From positions 64,001-128,000 of the IMG/VR virus record IMGVR_UViG_3300021425_002093: a stretch of DNA of 64,000 bases, one strand, 5' to 3'. The position numbers were made by a program, and so were the translations under genes. The stretch is from a virus. The notes beneath the pieces are model-generated. The model was not told the DNA's origin and did not search any database. It saw only the letters and a program-made list of their open reading frames with translations. This document shows, in pieces, positions 50,001-59,611 of the stretch (the first letter of the stretch is position 1; each line of letters begins with the position of its first letter).

Positions 50001-51895
50001 GTTACAACAAACGTAGATGTAGAGTGAGCGGCGTTTTTCAGTCTAACATAAACGGGGGCATTGCTTTCAGTAACTTCAAATAATGTATACCAACTACCCG
50101 ATACTCCAAATGTTGCAGTAGTATATGTTTTCTGCGATTCACGAGATAGCGGAAATCCGTTATCTTCAAATTGATCTGCGAAAACAGTGCCTGTAACTCT
50201 AACTGGGCGATTGAACGTAAATTCGTTTGCACCGTCGCTAGATGATAGAATCTCGAAGCGCACTGTATGGTCGTTCGTACCTGGCGAAACTTCGTCTTGA
50301 CGATATCTAATATATCCGGTATTATCTGTAGTATAAAGTTCGAAGTGCTGTCCCGCATCTCTACCCGTCCTAAGAATAGCATCACTTTCGCCTGAATAGT
50401 GAAATATGTCACCCCCCGAAGAAATTTCAAGTCTTTTTGTTGCGCCAGTAACAGGATCTGTAGTTCCAGAGTTACTTGTCGTTCCTGTGTAAAACTCAAT
50501 CCCCCCGCCAGTGCCGACATTGCTTATAATTTGAAGTTGATTATCTCCTAAGCGAATCGCTGATTCTGTAATGTCTCCATCTTGCTTAAACCAAATGCCT
50601 GGGTGATCAGCTTCGCCTACATCATCCGTGTCTGCTTCAATAATAAGAAGTGAGCTTCCAGTGCCTCCAGATATATGCAACAACCCGTCCGGATTGTTAG
50701 TACCTATGCCAACTTTTCCCGTAGAGGTGATAATCATTCTCTCAAAAAGACTATCAGCAGGACTATCGTTAGTGTAAAAAACTAAAGATCCTACAGCAGT
50801 ATTACCTGTAGCTTCAGTAACGCCTTTAATGCCTGCTCTTGTAGTTCTTTGCGCACCGTTACCGTCAAAGTAGTTATCGCTGAATGTCAGCAAAGGCCCC
50901 TTTCCTACTGTATCAGATTCCCAGTTGACAAATAAATCCAATGCGGAATGTGTTAGTTGATGTTCATCTCCAAGAACTCTAGTGCTATCATCAATAACTT
51001 GTAGCTGTGTACTAGGATTTGAGGTGCCTACGCCAATTGCGCCGCCTGTAACAAGCGCACCACCCACTGTTACATCTTCGGTTGAAGAAATACTGAATCC
51101 AACGCCGGGTATATCGAAACTTGTATGTTGAGTATTTCCAATTACAATTTCATTTGATGATGTCGCAGAAGTAGGCTCAGCATTCCATCCCAATAATAAG
51201 TTGTTTGATCCTGATGTAAGTGTAGATCCAGTGCCGTGACCTAGCGCAGTGTTTTTGTCTCCTGATGCTAAAAATCCGAAAGCACTGTGTCCAACACCAA
51301 CGTTTTCATCTCCATCAACGTTTTGATCCATTGCACGATAGCCGACCATGACGTTATAGTTACCCGTCTCGTTCAGTTCGAGCGCAGAGTATCCTATTGC
51401 GGTGTTTTGAGCGCCTGTCGTTTGATATCTTGATGCAGACCAGCCAAGCGCTGTATTAGCATCGGTGGTCACAGCGTTTAGCGTAAGATATCCAATCGCT
51501 GTGTTTCGATCTACATTAGTCGCAGTAGATAATGCCTGAGCACCAACAACTGTATTTTCAAATCCTTGTACGTTCGCAGTATTTGCATTACGACCTATCG
51601 CAGTGTTATTTGAAGACGTACTAACAGCATTTGCATTCAGTCCAAATGCAGTGTTTGTGGATGATGTGGTACTCGGGCCACCACGACCTAATATGAGTCC
51701 ATCAACTGACATATAAGTGTCAGTTGTAAGCTGACCGCCCGTTATTGCTAGAGACGTATTAGTTCCATCAAAACTAGTTGTGAGAGTAACAACACTGTTT
51801 GCTGTTGCGTTAGCGCCCGTAAATTCAATCTTAGGATCGTTAGAATTTGATCCTACATTGGGAGTAATCAGTATGTTTTTATCTTCCCAGGCCAT
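47060..51895 (-). CDS. Long tail fibre with S74 chaperone and YadA-like NTA(I/L)G head repeats (1611 aa)
   Basis: NTAFG/NTAIG/NTALG repeats near the N-terminus; ASDARLKTNI...GVLAQE...LLIEAIKE. Confidence 0.88.
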   Translation of the reverse strand: MAWEDKNILITPNVGSNSNDPKIEFTGANATANSVVTLTTSFDGTNTSLAITGGQLTTDTYMSVDGLILGRGGPSTTSSTNTAFGLNANAVSTSSNNTAIGRNANTANVQGFENTVVGAQALSTATNVDRNTAIGYLTLNAVTTDANTALGWSASRYQTTGAQNTAIGYSALELNETGNYNVMVGYRAMDQNVDGDENVGVGHSAFGFLASGDKNTALGHGTGSTLTSGSNNLLLGWNAEPTSATSSNEIVIGNTQHTSFDIPGVGFSISSTEDVTVGGALVTGGAIGVGTSNPSTQLQVIDDSTRVLGDEHQLTHSALDLFVNWESDTVGKGPLLTFSDNYFDGNGAQRTTRAGIKGVTEATGNTAVGSLVFYTNDSPADSLFERMIITSTGKVGIGTNNPDGLLHISGGTGSSLLIIEADTDDVGEADHPGIWFKQDGDITESAIRLGDNQLQIISNVGTGGGIEFYTGTTSNSGTTDPVTGATKRLEISSGGDIFHYSGESDAILRTGRDAGQHFELYTTDNTGYIRYRQDEVSPGTNDHTVRFEILSSSDGANEFTFNRPVRVTGTVFADQFEDNGFPLSRESQKTYTTATFGVSGSWYTLFEVTESNAPVYVRLKNAAHSTSTFVVTVGYGPSNTAYIHNLASTWTQNGAWPGAAAARVVRDDTSGLMYVQIKLTYSSISAFTLYCSAWGAASNQQPPTFESALAPYTASNTLLAEVQLDNSVATSSASTSGSYRVGGKLEVNSGQISQFGSFTIPNGQAYLSTDDYGTNQGDNRTHFGYYDSTAGTYLNYIRGDATLFSTQAVTVQGLIDAGDEDTVTGSRILAGRYNSDTIATWGGQRSSGGPVMGYGVWPATTGGGGDWVSSSGVALERSAFVLNGDIFQWYQGTGNPVIAESDPVSMSVKMSLSSTDLTLTDAGITATGGSHTFGGNVTGAVLRLKATDTAGAPASTTIFEMTGYEGRGIGTKYLDTLFPGEEWFSGIIYNNNFNGWAVGYDEVGGQSEYIANSKLFVSDTGFVSVPEVLAIGTTGTVVSDSSQLYIKKRDENTNLQRWGEGDVNDQNSYRFRVDQDFKFIANSGSGDNVIIDSSDGEVTASRLVLTSTADAALASTTHALQIGPSNSANIIMDSNEIMARTNGANASLNFQADGGDVYFRNNQTGTTGLYMSASLFLDQSRNAYLNTVDCTSLRIGGVDAPQRTRQNINLAGLSQSNFYPVVISQSTGGAYDNTYEFTMSQSSQSGSDPYNNNMVVGWARPQGYSDMQFGYRFEYNVYDSTEKTILGIYRTTGNQRFIIVYLRGGENYFFHTESVVTAYTTGFNPSPISDQSSAMIKNSSGADIGGQTGTSTRISLLADLFNDGVGLYTNFSTHQQDINLASGHVLTRGSHDSGHLEGSYNNIGENSARSNPIYTIGSNYNPSSDTLTLSNMYGIGYTNTNASFIGFADADGWGLYAAADGNARIFLNATTGSVCATGNVLAYASDARLKTNIQNILNPIDKVKKIRGVEYDWIDDITSEYDFHPTKPHEVGVLAQEIQEVLPEAVSIAPFNGNYTQKSGTDHEFLTVDYERIVPLLIEAIKEQQQVIEDQQETINNINDKLDFLMSAIYK

Positions 51896-54800
51896 TAGGA
51901 TTCCTTGCGATCTTTTTCGAGAGCATCAATACGTTGTTGCATATTATTTATTAGCTCTTGTTGCTCTTTTATAGCCTCGATAAGAAGCGGAGTAATTCTC
52001 TCATAGTCAACAGTCAAGAAGTTATAATCTTCTTGCATTGCTTCTCGTTCTTCAATAGGTAATTCTTCAAACTTATTCTTTGCTTCTTCTTTTGTAACTT
52101 CACGGCCAAGCTCTTCTTCCATTTGTCGCTGAATCTTAGACCATCCAGTTTTCTGAGAGTAGATGCCATTGAATGGAGCAGTAGTCACAACCTCGGGAAG
52201 AACTTCTTGTACTTCTTGAGCGATAACACCAACCTCATGCATCGCAGTCGGTGAGAATTCATATTCTGTTTCGATATTATCTACCCAATCATATTCTACA
52301 CCACGAATTTTACAAACTTTATCAAGTGCGTTTTCAATCTTTTTGACATTAGTTTTTAAGCGACCGTCTGATGCGTATGCAGTGATATTTCCTGTTGCAA
52401 AAATGTTTCCATTTGTTGCCTGCAACCATATTCTTGCATCACCATCTGCCGCTACATACATGCCCCATCTAGCGGTGTCATATGGTAAAAATGTTGCGCT
52501 TGAATACGTATATCCAACTCCATAAAAATTACCAAGAGTTGTGGTGCCGGGATACCAACTATTACCAATGCAATAGATAGGACCTGTAGTATTTGTCGTT
52601 CCTGCATTTTCTATATCAGGATAATTGCCGTTTAAAAATCCACGACCAGCGCTAATTCGACGATAAGAATCACTAACAAGTATTCCACCCGTAGCAGAGT
52701 TTGTTGTAGTTTCAGCATTTAAGTCGATGATGACTTTATTGCTTCCGGCCCCTTTGAATCGATACTGATTTCCAGTTCCATACCATTGTAGTCCCCAAGC
52801 ATCAGCCGCTGTAGCATTGCTAGGATAATATCTTTCGCTCAAGCCATGAATATCGTGATCACCATCACCTTGATCGCCTCTTGATATAAATCCTTGTCCT
52901 AGTACGGGTCGATTTGCAATCGCAGTCGGGAATGTGATCTGTCCTGCGGCAGTATCGTCAGTATCCGATCTTAAAAAGATTCCTGAATTACCTGTGTGAT
53001 AAACTTCGTACCAATTTCCCCAAGTATTTGCATTGTGTCTACGAAATGCAAGTCTACCATCAAAACCCGTCATTCCCCATGCTAATTGTCCACCGTATTG
53101 ATTTCCGTCACTCTCTCCGCCTCGATGACGAACATTTACTAAATTATACCAAGCATTTCCAAACGGAGTATTTGCATTTGCGTTAAGCGCTCCAACATAA
53201 GTTGTAACTGTTTGTGTATTAAAATCTCCAGTAGGACCATTTGGAGAGGTGACTACTTTATATCCACTGGTATACATGTCACCAGCAACGGTAAGGTCTC
53301 CAGCACTTGTATCAAAAGTCATTTGGGTTAAGACATTAGAACCACTATTTGTTCCCCATGTAAAGTCCCCATTCATTCTATGCCAAGCATTAGGTACTCC
53401 GGTATTAACCACAGAAGTATCAGCAAAGAAATGTCCCGCTGCAGAATATTGGAGTTCTCCTGCTGATTGCAAGGAAGCGTTATATCCTCCTCCATTACCC
53501 AGAGATCCGGTAAAGCCAATTCCTCCGCTTAAACCGGGGCTACCATCATCTTGAAAAGTAATACGGTGTCCAGTTCCATTATTTTGGTTTCCTGTTAAAA
53601 AAAGTTGTCCATTACCATCAAATCTAGCTTTTTCAGAACCCGCACCATCTCCAAAATATGTTCCGTTTGTAGTGTTAGCATACCAGTTTAAATAAATTCC
53701 ATATCCACCCTCAACACAATCTACGTGTAAGTTTCCGCTGGAAATTGCTATCGATGCTCTGTCTGCGGCCGGCCCCGCATTATTACCCCCTATTCTTAAA
53801 GTGTTTGCCGCTGGATTACTATTCGGGCCAAACGTTAGTGTATTATCTCCAGTTAGTGTTGGACTTACAGAATTTGCACCTTCATGAATAACTCTATACT
53901 GTACAGTATCACCATCAGCGTATATCGGACCAGTTGTTGAAATGCCGCCCTGTGCTATTTGATTTAAGTCCAATCTAGACGCTTCAGTGAAGGACGCCCA
54001 TGCGGATGTTGTTCCGTTTGTCGAATTACTTGCGGTTGAGACATTACCCGGGTCCGTAGCATCTGGTATCCAGTCTTTTAATACCCAACTAGGAGTTTGG
54101 ACGTTATCTCCAACAATAGCGGCTCTAACTTGATTAGAACCATCATCAATATAAATTTGAACTGCGGCTCCATCATATGTACCAAGTTCTTTAATGCGAA
54201 TATATCTAAATGGATTTCCCGCAAAGTAGGAATTCATTAAGCACGTTAAAGTGTTAGACGCATCGGTACCATAATGATGAGCGGCGTAAAACACAACCAT
54301 CTGATGGTCACTACTATTGATATCCCAAATAGCAAATCGAGCGCCCGCTCTACCAGAGCTGACAGTTGCAATTGTGTACCACCCAACAGCTAAATTAGTT
54401 GCTGTAACGTTATCGACATAACTATCGTCAAGGAATTCGTCAACTTGAGCTTGAGTATAGTAACGGGTGTCGGTAGTTGTATTATAATTTGCTGTCGTTA
54501 GAATCTCATTTCCATCGACTGTGGCAATGCCTCCAGTCGGAGATAATCTAACCTCGCCTTCCGTGTTTCTTAGAGTCAATATGTCATTACCAATGCTTCC
54601 AAGGCCAACCCAAGCTGTTTCTGTGCCTTGTCGCTGAAAACTGACATAACCTATTTGATTTGTCTGGGTAGTAGCATTGGTGTCATTCACTTCCAGTACG
54701 GGAGAGCCAGTAGCTATCTCTAAGTTTCCGCTGAGAGATCCCCCCGACAACGGAAGCGCTCCGATTTCAGCTAAACTCCAAGATACATTTGCTCCACCGT

Positions 54801-56019
54801 TGACTGCTTTTCCAGTATTTCCTATAGTAAGAGTTCTTGATGTTGTCCACTGATCTGCGTTTGGATGATAGTCATCCATGAAGATTCTTTGCCAAGCACC
54901 AGGTGCTCCAGTAGAATTATTTCTACCTCTTACGTAAAGAGGAACAGAAGACGTGCTAGTTTTAAATAGATCAAAGTGTCTGCCCCAGTTACTACCATTT
55001 GCTCCACTAATCGGCCTGAATCCCCAAGTTACACCAAACTGACTTGGAAAGTTTGTGCTACCTGTAGTGTTCACGTCACCTGAGATGACGAATTCTCTTG
55101 TGTCGTTTTCATAGCCAGTGAGATATGATGCATCTGCGGCGAGATAAGTATCATAAAAGTCTACGTAGTCATCTGAGCTAAATGCGTTTGTGCCTAGCGC
55201 TCTTGTGCTTACTTGATCTGATCCATTGATCATTAAAGCGGTTGTCTGAGCATCAGCACCAAGACCTGCGATAGTCAATCCGCCTTGAATATATAATCCA
55301 TCAGTCGGAGGTGTAGTTCCATCTGAAGCGGCACCAATCGTTGTACCGCCGTCAATATGAAGCTTTTTACCGACTATGCTTGATCCGCCCCCACCAATGG
55401 CAAACGTTCCGGTTAATCCTCTGTACCAGAGATAATCTGTAGCATCAACATCAGTAAATTGTATACCAGCGTAAGTAGTTCCATTTCCGTTTAGAATTAG
55501 CTGTCTGTCAGAGGAATTAGTAAGCGTTAGGATACCTGTCATAGTATCGTCAGCATCGCTTCGGACAAACTGTGTTGAGTTTAAGGAGTCTAATGTACCC
55601 GCATCAAGAGTTCCTTCGTCTGCTGTTGTAAGTACTCTGTTTCCACCAACGTCCAATTGTGCGTTTGTGTGATCAGCACCATCGCTAGTAAGTTGTAATT
55701 CCGCTCCACCTGTACCCGATACAGTAGCGATCAGTTTTCCGTCATCATTCTGATAGAAAAGCCAATCGAAGCTTGCGAGAGTGTTGTTGAAATCGACTCG
55801 CCCGTTAGTGCCAGTTCCCGTCAACTTTAAATTGTTTCCGTTGAGTAAAAAATCAGCGGCAGCTAACGTGAGTTGAGACTTGGTCGCACTGATATGATCA
55901 ACGGACAGCGTGGCCGTATTTAGCTCTGTACTAGTCGCAGAGGTAAACTCAATTTTGGGATCGTCCGAAGACGACCCTATATTGGGCGTAATTAAAATGT
56001 TCTTATCTGTCAAAGCCAT
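51895..56019 (-). CDS. Long tail fibre with S74 chaperone (1374 aa)
   Basis: LDSLNSTQFVRSDADD, VSWSLAEIGALP; ASDGRLKTNV...GVIAQE...LLIEAIKE. Confidence 0.88.
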   Translation of the reverse strand: MALTDKNILITPNIGSSSDDPKIEFTSATSTELNTATLSVDHISATKSQLTLAAADFLLNGNNLKLTGTGTNGRVDFNNTLASFDWLFYQNDDGKLIATVSGTGGAELQLTSDGADHTNAQLDVGGNRVLTTADEGTLDAGTLDSLNSTQFVRSDADDTMTGILTLTNSSDRQLILNGNGTTYAGIQFTDVDATDYLWYRGLTGTFAIGGGGSSIVGKKLHIDGGTTIGAASDGTTPPTDGLYIQGGLTIAGLGADAQTTALMINGSDQVSTRALGTNAFSSDDYVDFYDTYLAADASYLTGYENDTREFVISGDVNTTGSTNFPSQFGVTWGFRPISGANGSNWGRHFDLFKTSTSSVPLYVRGRNNSTGAPGAWQRIFMDDYHPNADQWTTSRTLTIGNTGKAVNGGANVSWSLAEIGALPLSGGSLSGNLEIATGSPVLEVNDTNATTQTNQIGYVSFQRQGTETAWVGLGSIGNDILTLRNTEGEVRLSPTGGIATVDGNEILTTANYNTTTDTRYYTQAQVDEFLDDSYVDNVTATNLAVGWYTIATVSSGRAGARFAIWDINSSDHQMVVFYAAHHYGTDASNTLTCLMNSYFAGNPFRYIRIKELGTYDGAAVQIYIDDGSNQVRAAIVGDNVQTPSWVLKDWIPDATDPGNVSTASNSTNGTTSAWASFTEASRLDLNQIAQGGISTTGPIYADGDTVQYRVIHEGANSVSPTLTGDNTLTFGPNSNPAANTLRIGGNNAGPAADRASIAISSGNLHVDCVEGGYGIYLNWYANTTNGTYFGDGAGSEKARFDGNGQLFLTGNQNNGTGHRITFQDDGSPGLSGGIGFTGSLGNGGGYNASLQSAGELQYSAAGHFFADTSVVNTGVPNAWHRMNGDFTWGTNSGSNVLTQMTFDTSAGDLTVAGDMYTSGYKVVTSPNGPTGDFNTQTVTTYVGALNANANTPFGNAWYNLVNVRHRGGESDGNQYGGQLAWGMTGFDGRLAFRRHNANTWGNWYEVYHTGNSGIFLRSDTDDTAAGQITFPTAIANRPVLGQGFISRGDQGDGDHDIHGLSERYYPSNATAADAWGLQWYGTGNQYRFKGAGSNKVIIDLNAETTTNSATGGILVSDSYRRISAGRGFLNGNYPDIENAGTTNTTGPIYCIGNSWYPGTTTLGNFYGVGYTYSSATFLPYDTARWGMYVAADGDARIWLQATNGNIFATGNITAYASDGRLKTNVKKIENALDKVCKIRGVEYDWVDNIETEYEFSPTAMHEVGVIAQEVQEVLPEVVTTAPFNGIYSQKTGWSKIQRQMEEELGREVTKEEAKNKFEELPIEEREAMQEDYNFLTVDYERITPLLIEAIKEQQELINNMQQRIDALEKDRKES

Positions 56020-56024
56020 TTGAC

Positions 56025-59000
56025 TTAGCCCTCGTATTCTACATCAAATCTTTCTGTATCTTTTCTCTCCCCAAAGATGGTGTAGAAACAATCGAGTTCG
56101 TATGTTGATTCAATGTAGACTTTATTATCTTCTATTCGATCTACCCACATTTCATTGTATCGTCCACATGCAGTTAAGTTGACCGTGATAGTGTCCTCAT
56201 GGACAAGCCCTGTCCAATAGTCAGGTAGTTCGATAACACGACTTCCCTTGAGTCTACCCCTAACATAAACTCCGTTTTCGGGCCCTTCGAGTGAGCCGTA
56301 TCGTAGACGCATTCCTTCTTTTGTTGGATGCTCAATATCGAAAGATTTTGTCGTTGCTGAAATCGTGCCTTGGAAATCATATGTACCGTTATTGAGACTC
56401 CAAGAAACCATTGTTGTACCAGTGTCAGTTTCAACAAAATCTACAAGATCGTCACTTCCCAGTCCAAGCTGACCATCAGCAATTTGTCTTACATATCCAT
56501 AGCTAGTTCCGGTAACCTCGTTTCCGAAATAAATTCCTCGGTTATTGACATTCGCAAAGACAATATCTCCACTCATTCCAAGACCGCCAGCGACAGTAAG
56601 TGCGCCAGTAGTGCTTGATGTAGATGCTGTAGTGCTACTAATCGAGACATCGCCCCCGATACTAAGTCCACCAGCAAAGTCTACATTATTATTTTGTCCC
56701 TCAAACGTAACTTGATTTGTCCAGGCTGCAGAGTCCAGCCTGCGCTGAATAACAAGAGGAATATCTCCATTCAAATTATCAAACGAAACAATCCTATGTC
56801 CGTATCCATTTCCCGCTGTCGCTGTAACGAATTCTATGCCGCCGTATGCGGCTGGTACTGTCTGACTTCCTCCATTAGCTAGTTTCAATAAGCCACCTTG
56901 CACCGAAGGAGCATTATCTAAATTCTCGCCGATGTTTAAGCGCCCGCTGAACTTTCGAATCGCTCCAGTTTGTGTTGTACCGAGTCCAGCAATCATAAAG
57001 TCACAAAGAGGAATCGCTGTGAGTACAGGATCTGTTGTCGTTGCGCTTACATTTAAGAATCCAGTGGTTGAGGCTGCTGTTAAACCACTAACATCAAAGA
57101 CATAAGTCTGATCTGATCCTACAGCACCAATTTCAATCTTAACCCAAATATTTGCTGTTTCACTACCGACATATTCAGCAAAGACTTCTCCGGTAAGTTC
57201 TGAGAAACCAGAATCACGTTCAAATCTAGAAATATGTACACCGTCGTGATTGTTTCCAGTGGGCGTACTTTCAAAATTAAGAATCGCTGTAATTCTAGCT
57301 CCGTGATACGAAGAGTTTCCTCTTGCGGCAATACGAATGTCATGAATACCTTCTTTAATTTGACAGACTCTTACCCAATAATTGTTGCTCGGACTTAAAA
57401 CTAATACATCATCGTTTCCAGCAATGTAAGTTCTTTGCTGATTACCAAAAACTACTGCGGCGCTAGTCACTTTCAGTTGCGATAATCCACCAGTAGATAT
57501 TGAAACAGTGTCAGCGGCCGGATGGAAAATACCAGTATTAGTATCGCCTGTCCAATACAGTGTTGGGGTTGCTTCTGCTCCACCATCTGTAATAGCGATT
57601 GAGTTTGGAGTGACTACTCCATTGATATCGACGACTGTGCCGCTTGTCGAATCTGCATTTCTAAACGTATGCAAATCAGCATCAAAGAACATGTTGTTTG
57701 CTTGCGTTGGATGCGTTCCACCATAAAGTTCAATGTTAGAACCAGTTCCTAGACCACCCAAGATTGTTATAGAATCAGTGTCAGCGAGAGACTGTATATT
57801 TCCACCAACATTTATCGATCCAGTAACTTCCGCTGTTCCGTTATTATTAAGTCTTAACCATTCTGTTTCGAAAGCAACTGTCTTTGGCGTAGTACCTCCA
57901 CCATCTTCTGTTGTCGATCCGAAGATAAGTTTATCGACACTTTCGTCCCAGAACATTCCAACATTATAGTTTGCCGCAGTTGCTGTAGAATATCTCTGAA
58001 GAAGAATACCTGTGTCACTTGCCGCAGTTGCTTGACCTTTGTTCAGAGTGATTATGGAATCTTCGACATCAAGATTTGACGTATTGAGTGTGATCGTATC
58101 TCCATTGACGGTAAGATTTCCAGTAACAGTAATGTCTGTTCCGACTTCAAGATTCCCACCGACATACAAGTTTTCAGCAACACCCGCACCGCCAGCAACT
58201 GTCAATGCTCCTGTCGAGGTGCTTGTAGATCCAGTAGTTGATAGAACATCGACTGATTGATCTGAGCCAGCAACTGTGATTGCATTTGTCTCTACACCAC
58301 TTGCGTTTGCTGTGCGAATCAGAAGATTTGTTACTGTTGCTCCCGTTGCATGTCCCGCTGTAAGAACAGCATCTGATCCGTTGACACCTAAACCGATGTA
58401 CTCCGAAGATTCGTCTGCGCCTGTAACTCGCAAGATGACATTTGCGTCAGTGCCATTATGGAAATTAGCAAGATTCGTTGCGGATGAAGTACCAACTTCC
58501 AATCGAGAAAGCGCTCGAACTTCTCCAGTAACTTCGATGTCTCCACCAGCGTATACGTTTTCCGCAACTCCGACACCGCCCGCTACTGTGAGTGCGCCCG
58601 TAGCTGAAGATGTAGATGTCGTTGTAGCAAGAACACTAGCATCGAGCGTGACAGTTAAGTCTTGATTAATCGTAACACCATCTGCTGTTGTCGCTAGCAT
58701 GACTGTACCGTCATGACTCAGACTAACTGCGCCTCCATCAACAGCAGTAATCTGTGCGGCGTTTGTCGTAGGTTGATATAGTCTCCAAGTAGCGGCGTCA
58801 CTTCGATAGGTGGCTATTGCTTCCGAAACTTCAAATTGATGATTGATTTGTGTGGTAGATGTCAAAACATTTACAACACCGTCAAAAGTAGATGTACCAG
58901 AAACTCTAAATGCACTTGAGCCTGGGGCAGCGCCATTTACACCAAGATGTCCAGCATCTGTTATCGTGAGCCAAGTATCTGTATATGTTAGGTTGTTGTC

Positions 59001-59573
59001 AGATCCGTCTTCTGCCGTTTTACCTATGATCAAAGAATCCGCACTTTCATCCCAAGAAAAACCAACGTTATAGTTTGTAGCATCCGCAGTTTCATATCTT
59101 TGGAAAAGTAGACCAACGTCATTCAAAGGAGTGACCTGATTTTTGTTCAGTGTTAATACGGCGTCAGTAATATCTAAGTTTGTTGTGCTAACAGTGGTTG
59201 TATTACCTGTTACTGTTAGATCCCCATCAACAGTAATATTTTTAACTTCAAGTGTTGATGTACTAGGAGTCCACGTAAAATCAGCAAGCGTACCAGTAGT
59301 GTCATAGAAGTTTACAACACCAACAACTTCAAGTCCATCTGACGTGATTGTGCCCACGACTTCTAGCGCTGTAGCAGGAGCGGTTGTAGCAATACCAACC
59401 CGACGATTTGCATCATCAAATGATATAATAGAGCCTGAGTCACCATTGATGTCCAAGACATCATTCGCAATCATCTCTACTGTAATTTCGTTTGTTGAAT
59501 TCTCTATGTTATCTGTAAACGTAACATTCTGAGAAAACAAGCCATTTCTGACTTTAAATTGATTATTCGCCAC
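56025..59573 (-). CDS. Tail fibre-like protein (1182 aa)
   Basis: FKVRNGL N-terminus; STSxxTGALTVAGG repeats; C-terminal KSFDIEHP...LRYGSLEGPE.GVY.RG...LPDYW..LV domain. GTG start. Confidence 0.8.
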   Translation of the reverse strand: MANNQFKVRNGLFSQNVTFTDNIENSTNEITVEMIANDVLDINGDSGSIISFDDANRRVGIATTAPATALEVVGTITSDGLEVVGVVNFYDTTGTLADFTWTPSTSTLEVKNITVDGDLTVTGNTTTVSTTNLDITDAVLTLNKNQVTPLNDVGLLFQRYETADATNYNVGFSWDESADSLIIGKTAEDGSDNNLTYTDTWLTITDAGHLGVNGAAPGSSAFRVSGTSTFDGVVNVLTSTTQINHQFEVSEAIATYRSDAATWRLYQPTTNAAQITAVDGGAVSLSHDGTVMLATTADGVTINQDLTVTLDASVLATTTSTSSATGALTVAGGVGVAENVYAGGDIEVTGEVRALSRLEVGTSSATNLANFHNGTDANVILRVTGADESSEYIGLGVNGSDAVLTAGHATGATVTNLLIRTANASGVETNAITVAGSDQSVDVLSTTGSTSTSTGALTVAGGAGVAENLYVGGNLEVGTDITVTGNLTVNGDTITLNTSNLDVEDSIITLNKGQATAASDTGILLQRYSTATAANYNVGMFWDESVDKLIFGSTTEDGGGTTPKTVAFETEWLRLNNNGTAEVTGSINVGGNIQSLADTDSITILGGLGTGSNIELYGGTHPTQANNMFFDADLHTFRNADSTSGTVVDINGVVTPNSIAITDGGAEATPTLYWTGDTNTGIFHPAADTVSISTGGLSQLKVTSAAVVFGNQQRTYIAGNDDVLVLSPSNNYWVRVCQIKEGIHDIRIAARGNSSYHGARITAILNFESTPTGNNHDGVHISRFERDSGFSELTGEVFAEYVGSETANIWVKIEIGAVGSDQTYVFDVSGLTAASTTGFLNVSATTTDPVLTAIPLCDFMIAGLGTTQTGAIRKFSGRLNIGENLDNAPSVQGGLLKLANGGSQTVPAAYGGIEFVTATAGNGYGHRIVSFDNLNGDIPLVIQRRLDSAAWTNQVTFEGQNNNVDFAGGLSIGGDVSISSTTASTSSTTGALTVAGGLGMSGDIVFANVNNRGIYFGNEVTGTSYGYVRQIADGQLGLGSDDLVDFVETDTGTTMVSWSLNNGTYDFQGTISATTKSFDIEHPTKEGMRLRYGSLEGPENGVYVRGRLKGSRVIELPDYWTGLVHEDTITVNLTACGRYNEMWVDRIEDNKVYIESTYELDCFYTIFGERKDTERFDVEYEG

Positions 59574-59611
59574 GGTTCCACACTCCCCTTAGGCTTTAAT
59601 TGTTATTGTAA

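Noticed and set aside
42101-56019. Diversity-generating retroelement or invertible fibre cassette
   Set aside because: No reverse transcriptase or recombinase is in the window, no near-identical template/variable repeat pair differing at adenines was seen, and all genes share one orientation.
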